The notes under the pieces were generated by a model. That model saw only the letters and a program-made list of their open reading frames with translations, was not told where the DNA came from and ran no database searches. A stretch of DNA of 64,000 nucleotides from positions 1 to 64,000 of IMG/VR virus record IMGVR_UViG_3300044641_002513; one strand, written 5' to 3'. Made by a program: the position numbers and the translations under genes. Shown here in pieces: positions 57,501 to 64,000 of the stretch. How positions within the stretch are numbered: the first letter of the stretch is position 1; each line of letters starts with the position of its first letter. This DNA is from a virus.

Positions 57501-59553
57501 TATTTTAGAACCTAATAATCTTAGTTTAGACTCTTATAATACTTTACTTAATATGGGTAAAAGAAAAGATTGGTCTATGCAATTTGAAAATTATATACCT
57601 TTAAATCATAGTGCTAAACACAGTACCGTACTAAAAGAGTTGGACTTGCCCAACACTCCTAACACATCTATTTTTAAATCAGAAGCAGAAGCACAACGAG
57701 CTTTAGAAAAAGTAGATGAATTTTTGATTAAAAAAGGTATTAATGAAAAAGCAAAAATTTATTCTACAGGAGATTCTTTTGGGATAGAAATTCCTAATTT
57801 TAGATTAACAAGAAATTATGCTAACGGAGGAAGTCTAGCACCTAATATACCTACTTACTATCAATCTAAAGGTACTCCTATTTACAGAGATACTACAGCT
57901 TTACCATTTGCTACAGGAGGAGATTTAGATGGAGGAGGCGACCCAATGCCAGACAGACCTAAACTACCTAAGTTAAGTACTAATGATATGACTGCTTATA
58001 TCTATGACACAGTTGTTAAACTAATAGAAGAAGCTAAAGCATCAGGTAAGATTAAAGAAGGAGAAGATTTAAATGCAATGGGTGTAACTGCTCAGATACT
58101 ATTAGAATCAGGTAACGGTAAATCAGGTTTAACTCAAAAGTATAATAACTTTGGTGGAATAAAAGCAAACGACTCATACATTAAACGAGGAGGTAAGTAT
58201 GTAGGAATGAATGCTTCTGGTGAAAATGTAAAATCTAAATGGAGAATATACGATACTCCCGAAGAAGGTTTAAGAGACCAAATTAGTTTTTATTTAGACA
58301 ATCCTAGATACAGAAAAGCAGGAGTACTTAATGCAAAGACTGCACAAGAACATGCACAACGAGTACAAAATGCTGGATATGCTGGTAACGAAAAGAAATA
58401 TGCAAGACAAGTAATGCAAATGGCTAACTCTATTCCTAATAGGTTAAAGAAAGCTGACCCTGCTAAACTACAAACATTTGTTAGTTCTTACGCACCTGTA
58501 CAACCAGCTGTTAATCCTATAATGCCTGTACAACCAGTACAGCCTATAGTTCCTGTTGCTCCACCTATGACTATTGCAAATGCTCCTATTAACACACAAG
58601 TAGTTTCTACTCCTGTAGTTGCTACAGCTCCAGGTGGTGTACTAACTAATTCAGCTTTACAAGCACAAACAGCTGCTAACAATGCAATAATGACGAGTGC
58701 ATTAAACAATGTTGCAAACTCTAATATCAATAGTAATGTAGCTAGCCAGCAAAATCCTTCTTACCCTATTACTATTGATGAAAGTAGTATGGAACAAGAA
58801 GAAGTTCAATATCCTAGTTACAGTCCTGAATATCCACAATGGCCAGGTATAAATGTAGATTTTGATATGGCTCGTTCTAAAAGTTTTAATCTACCTAAGA
58901 TGAATAAGCCTTCTAGATGGGGTTATCAGCCTATGTTTAAAAAAGGTAGAAGTACTCAACTAGCTTTTCCTGTAATAAGTGATATAGAGGCTACTCAATA
59001 TCCTAGTCCTATATCTAAAATAGTACAAGGTGTTACTGGCTACAATCCTAACTACTATGAGAATACTTTTGACGAAGAAGGTAACTTAGTACAAGGAGAA
59101 TTAGAAAGAGCAAAAGAAGAAGGAAGACCTGTAGAGTTCCAAAAAGGTTATAGTTCTATACAAGATATATTTAACAGAAGAGCCTATAACAAACAGTTAG
59201 AACAAATGCAACCTGCTATGTCTCTTGAAGCTACAATAGAAAAAGCAGGTGGAGGATTCTTAGCAAGTGGATACGGTTCTAGCTTAGATGAGTACTACGC
59301 TAACGGAGGACAAATGAAATACACTATGTATGATGTATTTGAAAACGGTACTTACTACGGTAAAGGAGGGCAAATGATTAAACGTGCAGACGGTTCTTAT
59401 TCTCAACGTGGTCTATGGGACAACATCAGAGCTAATGCAGGTTCAGGTAAAGCTCCTACTAAAGAAATGCTAGCACAAGAACGTAAGATTAACCAAAAGA
59501 AATACGGAGGTCCTTTAACTAGATTCTATCCTTCTAACATTCAAGAATATTAA
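54532..59553 (+). CDS. Large polyvalent virion cargo protein (beta-barrel-like, TM, ART-like and GH73 domains)
   Basis: Follows the muzzle gene; AQILLESG..NNFGGIKA..Y....EG...YAG GH73 motifs; R/SxS/ExE ART-like motifs. Confidence 0.75.
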   Translation: MDIPKKLKPKNPFLTLQPLYTNPTTGLGFKAASMELGLEGNYGKKKEWTLKPHIGYSYNAPQGTSPLSGGIDASYKGMANPSHTANAVVNMGLGYNNAGGWKGLTGGFDAGYQFNFGAKNRRKGEIKPGKFAGSLIPYAGANATDGLIYGGRGNFEWRPKFGNKAPFTVFGGANLNFAPTTGKAKEVQDTGTVYTEGEVGTGGITTTPGAFKDNSSEGVRFKPTFGAHLGVKIPLHRIAEHLPSFNRNPIPYPEDPLPLQGDFTYAQREPELSDRGKDLLGTYDETPQQFKQRLDERSIGNLKVDPRYINQDIRADELQEFSWQNKSYIPSEDSDDGYALGGTIRTMDKGGSGCPEGYVWDGANCIKDVNLPEQSVYGNEAKRKLQGSLIDKYNQAKGAYQDYRENAGLTKQRLKNEGASSIGVLQGQIKEYKNQLEEEKKTYDRAQKALNVLQKKDSANWKDKKLKDVMSAQGVDALRDLYSKGEMSEATYRDFYNNFGQAYDTNVKKGTGSGAEYSAKEAKDKWGESKDWQDFTGMVNKAAIAAPLFGGAGALTASIPAMGGASSGFIPAAQTAFNTSMLGVPGLTANNLLWGAGAYLSADQIIDPKSATRTSINTAIKDPSLYNVVDAAGNVGMTGLGFAGLPVKAGLASLADDVSGAGNYLQKSYNQVATGNSALPIAWKVEKPLVNAEAIKNSRALTNEEAEVLKKYLNTPYSVNSNREYRKILDNIVKTSSADLSQVNQPLTRINNYYVAKGANPKLPTRYGQKITYPSQRSWSLGDGATIGFENRGRQRVIIPSKYVKEAEGFHAIDYTDPRLVTDGINRSVEKEIFGNVPEGYKVIGKSNEGGFENIIVKPIKTKPIVNSSVDDVGKGVTNTNELPLPPNQIFIDNNASLNLQRAGNKSKKNIYKKTETINENGFDIKTRYRGDENIPADITIEGKSGYWQLKPNKAAGDNTWAFSANMDNQLESGKAMLKMNEKFPFPKPSILEPNNLSLDSYNTLLNMGKRKDWSMQFENYIPLNHSAKHSTVLKELDLPNTPNTSIFKSEAEAQRALEKVDEFLIKKGINEKAKIYSTGDSFGIEIPNFRLTRNYANGGSLAPNIPTYYQSKGTPIYRDTTALPFATGGDLDGGGDPMPDRPKLPKLSTNDMTAYIYDTVVKLIEEAKASGKIKEGEDLNAMGVTAQILLESGNGKSGLTQKYNNFGGIKANDSYIKRGGKYVGMNASGENVKSKWRIYDTPEEGLRDQISFYLDNPRYRKAGVLNAKTAQEHAQRVQNAGYAGNEKKYARQVMQMANSIPNRLKKADPAKLQTFVSSYAPVQPAVNPIMPVQPVQPIVPVAPPMTIANAPINTQVVSTPVVATAPGGVLTNSALQAQTAANNAIMTSALNNVANSNINSNVASQQNPSYPITIDESSMEQEEVQYPSYSPEYPQWPGINVDFDMARSKSFNLPKMNKPSRWGYQPMFKKGRSTQLAFPVISDIEATQYPSPISKIVQGVTGYNPNYYENTFDEEGNLVQGELERAKEEGRPVEFQKGYSSIQDIFNRRAYNKQLEQMQPAMSLEATIEKAGGGFLASGYGSSLDEYYANGGQMKYTMYDVFENGTYYGKGGQMIKRADGSYSQRGLWDNIRANAGSGKAPTKEMLAQERKINQKKYGGPLTRFYPSNIQEY

Positions 59554-59564
59554 ATTGACTACTA

Positions 59565-60422
59565 ATGAGATTAGCTGAACTATACGCAAACAAATTACAA
59601 GAATTACAGGCACAAGACCCACCTGACGGAGGACTAAAATCGTTAAGTGTTGAAGACCGTACTAAACTAGTTTACGATTATGTAGCTAAGAGTATAGCAA
59701 AAGCAAAAGAGTCGGGTGCTATAGCTCCAGGAGAAAACTTAGATGCTTTAGGAATCACTGCTCAAATAATGTTTGAGAGTGGTAACTTAGATTCAGAATT
59801 ATCATCTAAGTACAACAATTTTGGAGGATTAAAAGCAAGTTCAAATTGGGGAGGAAAAACTGTAGCAATGAAAGCAGGCGACGGTAAAGTAGCTAATTGG
59901 AGAGCTTACGATACACCTGAAGAAGGACTAGCAGCACAAGTAAACTTTTACATAGAAAATCCTAGGTATAAAAAGAACGGAGTGTTTAATGCTAAAAATC
60001 CTAAAGAACATTTAGAAGCTGTTGCTAGAGCAGGTTACGCAGGTAACGAATCTAATTATGTTAGTAGTGTAATGACAATGGTTAATAGTATTCCACAAAG
60101 ATTAAAAAAGAGTAATCCTGAATTATTAGCACAGTGGACTGCTCAAAAATCTACTATGGGAATGCAAGGAGTAGAACCTCAAGTAATACAACAGTCTACA
60201 CCTGTACCTGTTGATGCTTATAACAAATTAAATATTTATCCAGAAATAAATAAATCTCCATATCAAAGTACTAGTATAGTAGGTATGGATAATATAAAAC
60301 TATCTAAGCAACAACAAGGAATTGAAGACCAATTAACAGAAACAATGATTACTCCTGAAAAGATGACTGCACCTAAAGGTTGGTTTGGTTCAGGTAAATC
60401 AATGTTCTTTGGAAATAAATAA
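59565..60422 (+). CDS. GH73 glucosaminidase/muramidase (FlgJ-like) virion protein
   Basis: AQIMFESG, YNNFGGLKA, RAYDTPEEG, NPRY, AGYAG. Confidence 0.85.
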   Translation: MRLAELYANKLQELQAQDPPDGGLKSLSVEDRTKLVYDYVAKSIAKAKESGAIAPGENLDALGITAQIMFESGNLDSELSSKYNNFGGLKASSNWGGKTVAMKAGDGKVANWRAYDTPEEGLAAQVNFYIENPRYKKNGVFNAKNPKEHLEAVARAGYAGNESNYVSSVMTMVNSIPQRLKKSNPELLAQWTAQKSTMGMQGVEPQVIQQSTPVPVDAYNKLNIYPEINKSPYQSTSIVGMDNIKLSKQQQGIEDQLTETMITPEKMTAPKGWFGSGKSMFFGNK

Positions 60423-60464
60423 GATTAATTGAATAAAAAATTATAATTTTATAAAAATTTTACT

Positions 60465-63017
60465 ATGAACAGAGGAATTAACAATCCAGGATTTAGAGCA
60501 TTACCACAAAGTGTACAATCTAAAATTATTTCTAATATGAAATACGGAGGAAAAATCTATGCTGAAGGAGGTAACTTAGACCAACTAACAGAGTTTACTG
60601 AAGGTGGTACTCACGAAGAAAATCCAATAGGAGGCATTCCTCAAGGCACAGCTCCTAACGGACAAATAAACTTAGTAGAACAAAATGAAACTAAATTAAA
60701 TAACCAAAATTATATATTTTCTAACCAATTAAAGGTTAACAGTAAAATTGTATCGCAGTTTAACTTACTTAAAAGTTTTATAGGTAAAACATTTGCTGAA
60801 GTTTCTAAGAAAATGGATAAACCAAATTCTAGAAGAGAAAACGATACAATTGAAATGGCTGACACAGAACGTAACTTAAATAAGTTAAAAGAAGCTCAAG
60901 AGTTTCATAAACAACAAGAAGTACAAAAAAAGATTGACGAAATTATGGCTTTAGACCCAAATGCTTTAGCTAGCATGATGGGACAAGGTCAACAAGGTCA
61001 GCCTTCTATGGAACCACCTATGGACCCTAGTATGATGGCTCCAACTTCTCCTGAACAAATGAGTCCAGAAGAAATGGCGATGATGGAGCAACAAGCTATG
61101 CAACAACAAGGTGCTGCTACTGGAGACGCTGCTATGATGCAACAAATGGGTATGATGCGTAACGGTGGAATGATGTATGCCAACGGTGGTAACATGATGG
61201 CGAATGGAGGTTTTGATGATGAGCCTCAGTTTTCTTTCCAAGTTACTAATCCTTATGGTGTACCTACTGAACCTACACCTGAACAAAAGAAATACATGAG
61301 TCCTGCTTCTGCAATAGACCCACGTTACGGTGCTCTTTCTCATTTTGAAACTAAAAAAGAAGCAAAAGAATCTTTATTAAGTGGCAGAAATAGTACTTCA
61401 AGAGCTTATTATAATAATCCTTTAACTGGTGAAGTAGGAGAGTTAATAGGAGATAATGATTACTTTGCTACTACTGGTGATACAGACCTTTCTGATGAGA
61501 GACCTACTAGAATAACTAAAGAAAATATTACAAATATTTATCCTCAACCTGGAGACAATGGAGAAATAGGTCCTTATTATACACAAAACCAAGCTACTAA
61601 TTTTCAATCTGCTGGTGCAGGAAGACCTTATGCTAATCAATTTGGCAAACCTTACGATTGGCAAAATTATCCTTATAGTGGTTATGCCTATGAAAAACAG
61701 TATAGTAAAGACGCACCTAACAAGTTTTTTACTAATCCAAATAATGAAGCTTCTCTTATTAATTTAGAAATTGAAGATTATAAATCAGATACACCTTATT
61801 ACGCAAGACCGAAAACAAATGAAAAAGATTTAGGAGGATTTATAAAAGACAACAAGCAAGGTATCTTAGGTGGCTTACAAGCTGCTGCTGGTATCGGTGC
61901 TATGTTTATTCCTGGTGCTCAAGGTTTAGGTACTAACTTAATTGGTGGAGGTATTGGAAATATCACTGGAGAAATTCAAGGAGATAAACAAGCTGAAATG
62001 CAAAAGAAAGCTATGAATCAACAACAGTTGTTAGCTAAACAGCAAGCAAATATGTTACCACAACAAGGATTAGACCCTTACGGAAACCCTATGGCTCCAC
62101 AAGGAATGTATAGTCGTTACGGGGGTAAGATGTATAATGTAGGTGGTTATATGAATGGTGGTTATGTAAACAACCTTCCTGATGAAAACAATATGATAGA
62201 CCCTAGCGATATAGCTAGTACAGGTGGTTTTTTAGAAACTCGTCCTAATACTACTTTTGGCAAAGGAGGTAATATGTATGACGACGGAGGACTTTTAAAA
62301 TTAAGACAACAAGCAGAACAAGCTGGCCAATGGAATTTTGATCCAGGAGCTCCTACATTAGCAGAAGAGGAGAAAAAAGGAAACTACGCTGACGTAGGAG
62401 ATTTAAGTGATACTACTATGGATTTAAGCATTAATCAAAGTCCTTTAGATTTTGGATTACAGTTAGCTCCAATTGCTTGGAACTTAGCTAAAGGTTTACA
62501 AAAACCAATGGAGTTTAAAGGAGAAGATTTTTATACTAAGATAGACCCTGCTTATGTTGATTATACTAATGCAGAAAACATTGCAAAAGAAACAGGAGCA
62601 GGAGTAATGAAAGGCATTAAAAACACAGTGCCAGGTGGAGGTTCTTATGCTTCTTCTATGTTAGCTTCTCAACAAAACTTAAACAAAGCGTTATCTGAAA
62701 TAGGCTCATTAGAAGAAAACACTAATAAGAAAATCAAGGGAGATGCTGATAAGTTAAATATTACTAGAAAAGATGCTGCTAATATGCAAGCTCTACAAAT
62801 GAACTTAGCTGCTCAACAAGCTAAAGAGTTGTTACTACAAGAAGCATTAACACAAGGTAAAGGTATGAGTGAGCAAGGAACTGCTAATGATTTAGCACAG
62901 AAATATGCTGTAATGTCTGCACCTGATATTAGTAGATTTAAAAAAGTAGGATACAATCCTTACTACCAACAAATATTAGAAAGTATTAAAAATAGAAAAA
63001 CAACACCAAAAATATAA
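60465..63017 (+). CDS. Virion cargo/ejection protein
   Basis: GGTHEENP.GGIP.G...VE..E....YIFSN motif, Q/M-rich linkers, amphipathic segment. Confidence 0.7.
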   Translation: MNRGINNPGFRALPQSVQSKIISNMKYGGKIYAEGGNLDQLTEFTEGGTHEENPIGGIPQGTAPNGQINLVEQNETKLNNQNYIFSNQLKVNSKIVSQFNLLKSFIGKTFAEVSKKMDKPNSRRENDTIEMADTERNLNKLKEAQEFHKQQEVQKKIDEIMALDPNALASMMGQGQQGQPSMEPPMDPSMMAPTSPEQMSPEEMAMMEQQAMQQQGAATGDAAMMQQMGMMRNGGMMYANGGNMMANGGFDDEPQFSFQVTNPYGVPTEPTPEQKKYMSPASAIDPRYGALSHFETKKEAKESLLSGRNSTSRAYYNNPLTGEVGELIGDNDYFATTGDTDLSDERPTRITKENITNIYPQPGDNGEIGPYYTQNQATNFQSAGAGRPYANQFGKPYDWQNYPYSGYAYEKQYSKDAPNKFFTNPNNEASLINLEIEDYKSDTPYYARPKTNEKDLGGFIKDNKQGILGGLQAAAGIGAMFIPGAQGLGTNLIGGGIGNITGEIQGDKQAEMQKKAMNQQQLLAKQQANMLPQQGLDPYGNPMAPQGMYSRYGGKMYNVGGYMNGGYVNNLPDENNMIDPSDIASTGGFLETRPNTTFGKGGNMYDDGGLLKLRQQAEQAGQWNFDPGAPTLAEEEKKGNYADVGDLSDTTMDLSINQSPLDFGLQLAPIAWNLAKGLQKPMEFKGEDFYTKIDPAYVDYTNAENIAKETGAGVMKGIKNTVPGGGSYASSMLASQQNLNKALSEIGSLEENTNKKIKGDADKLNITRKDAANMQALQMNLAAQQAKELLLQEALTQGKGMSEQGTANDLAQKYAVMSAPDISRFKKVGYNPYYQQILESIKNRKTTPKI

Positions 63018-63020
63018 CCG

Positions 63021-64000
63021 ATGCCAGTTAGTCCACTTTCTACGCCTTTAAAAACTGAATATAAACCTCTAGGTTTAGAAATGTTTGCACAGCCTCTTTC
63101 GGATATGCAAGCTAAGTACGATACTGCTAAAGCTGCTATCAACGACACTACTTATGAAATCAGTAGATTGTCCCAAGATGATGCAAGGGGAGCAGAATTA
63201 ATTAAAGAGTTAGATGAAAAAACTTCTAAGTTAGCTCAAGAACTAATTGCTACAGGAAACTATAGACAAGCTGCTGAACAGTTAAAAAAACTAAACAAAT
63301 CTTTTAGTCAAGACCCTGAAACTAAAGCTGTTATAAGTAACTATGAAGCTTATAAAAAAGCAGTAGAAGAACAAAAGAAACAATTAGAAAAAGGAAAGAT
63401 ATATCAAACAGATTTTGATACTTGGGATTTTATGGTTAGAAATCAGTTTAAAGGAACTGGTTTTGACCCTGCTACAGGTAATTACACTTCTATTAACACT
63501 AGACCTCCTGAAGAAAATAGAGAGAAAGAAATAGAAGATTTGAGTTTAAAAGTAGCAGGAATGATGCCTGCTCAAGGTTATGAAACTTTACAAAACTTAG
63601 GTGTTGAAGGAGTAGATAGAGCAATGTTAGAGCGAGTACATCAATATAGAGATTTAGGACAATCACAAAAAGAGATTTTTAATTTCTTATCTACTTCAGA
63701 TAGATTTAGAGAATTTATTGATGATAGAGGAAAAAGAGATTTTTACTATAGCAATGAAAATGCTAAGATGCGTGGTAAAGGACAAGAGTTCCAAGACGGT
63801 TTAGTAAATAGTGTAGTAGGAAACTTAGATAATAATATTAGAAACATTGCAGAAGCTAAAAAGAAGGACAAATCAAGAGCAAAAGAATACGATGTAATTT
63901 TAGACAACTTAAATACACAAAAAAATAATATTATAACTGGGTACAACCAAGCTAAGCAATTAGGCACAACTGATGGGTTTGCTGAAAAGTTATTTATAGA
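63021..64000 (+). CDS. Virion cargo protein, partial (runs off window end)
   Basis: MPVSPLSTPLKTEYKPLGLEMF...; open as far as read by eye, and absent from the ORF track, consistent with no stop inside the window. Confidence 0.75.
   Translation, partial: MPVSPLSTPLKTEYKPLGLEMFAQPLSDMQAKYDTAKAAINDTTYEISRLSQDDARGAELIKELDEKTSKLAQELIATGNYRQAAEQLKKLNKSFSQDPETKAVISNYEAYKKAVEEQKKQLEKGKIYQTDFDTWDFMVRNQFKGTGFDPATGNYTSINTRPPEENREKEIEDLSLKVAGMMPAQGYETLQNLGVEGVDRAMLERVHQYRDLGQSQKEIFNFLSTSDRFREFIDDRGKRDFYYSNENAKMRGKGQEFQDGLVNSVVGNLDNNIRNIAEAKKKDKSRAKEYDVILDNLNTQKNNIITGYNQAKQLGTTDGFAEKLFI

Noticed and set aside
545-63967. Numerous short opposite-strand ORFs (e.g. 1289..1540, 31638..32180, 42144..42551, 60966..61343)
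   Set aside because: They are antisense shadows of long genes with no motifs or start context
27914-64000. Stop-codon reassignment, as in some crAss-like phages
   Set aside because: Long genes are intact in the standard code, TAG and TGA end TerL, portal and MCP at sensible places, and no suppressor tRNA is seen

Overview
This AT-rich window is a large part of a crAss-like (Crassvirales-related) podophage genome. Its host is probably a Bacteroidota, judged from TAnnTTTG promoter elements, A-rich translation starts without Shine-Dalgarno sequences and a Bacteroidota-type secreted protein. The standard genetic code fits. Bases 1-27131 (minus strand) hold early and replication genes: a degenerate UNG-like protein, a spore-photoproduct-lyase-like radical SAM enzyme invaded by a GIY-YIG endonuclease, a PD-(D/E)XK nuclease, a RusA-like resolvase, rIIA/rIIB, primase, a Sak4-like ATPase, a macrodomain protein, an SF2 helicase and many small ORFs. 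DnaB and PolA are each split by a group I intron. Bases ~23.6-27.9 kb are rich in structured non-coding elements: two tRNA-like RNAs, a candidate twister ribozyme with a large insert and an apparent degenerate paralogue, a pseudoknot, iteron-like repeats at the strand switch and a ~300-nt candidate ncRNA. Bases 27914-64000 (plus strand) hold the virion module: TerL, portal, scaffold, MCP, ring, tail and muzzle proteins, a lysis cassette and large ejected cargo proteins. The strongest leads are (1) an early RNA-processing cassette (tRNA-like element, structured RNA, twister-like ribozyme); (2) a homing endonuclease that supplies a recoded replacement 5' end for the gene it disrupts; (3) a terminator loop antisense to the start regions of two capsid-module genes; (4) a polyvalent virion protein with beta-barrel-like, ADP-ribosyltransferase-like and GH73 domains separated by xxGG motifs. 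All calls come from reading motifs by eye; no database searches were run.
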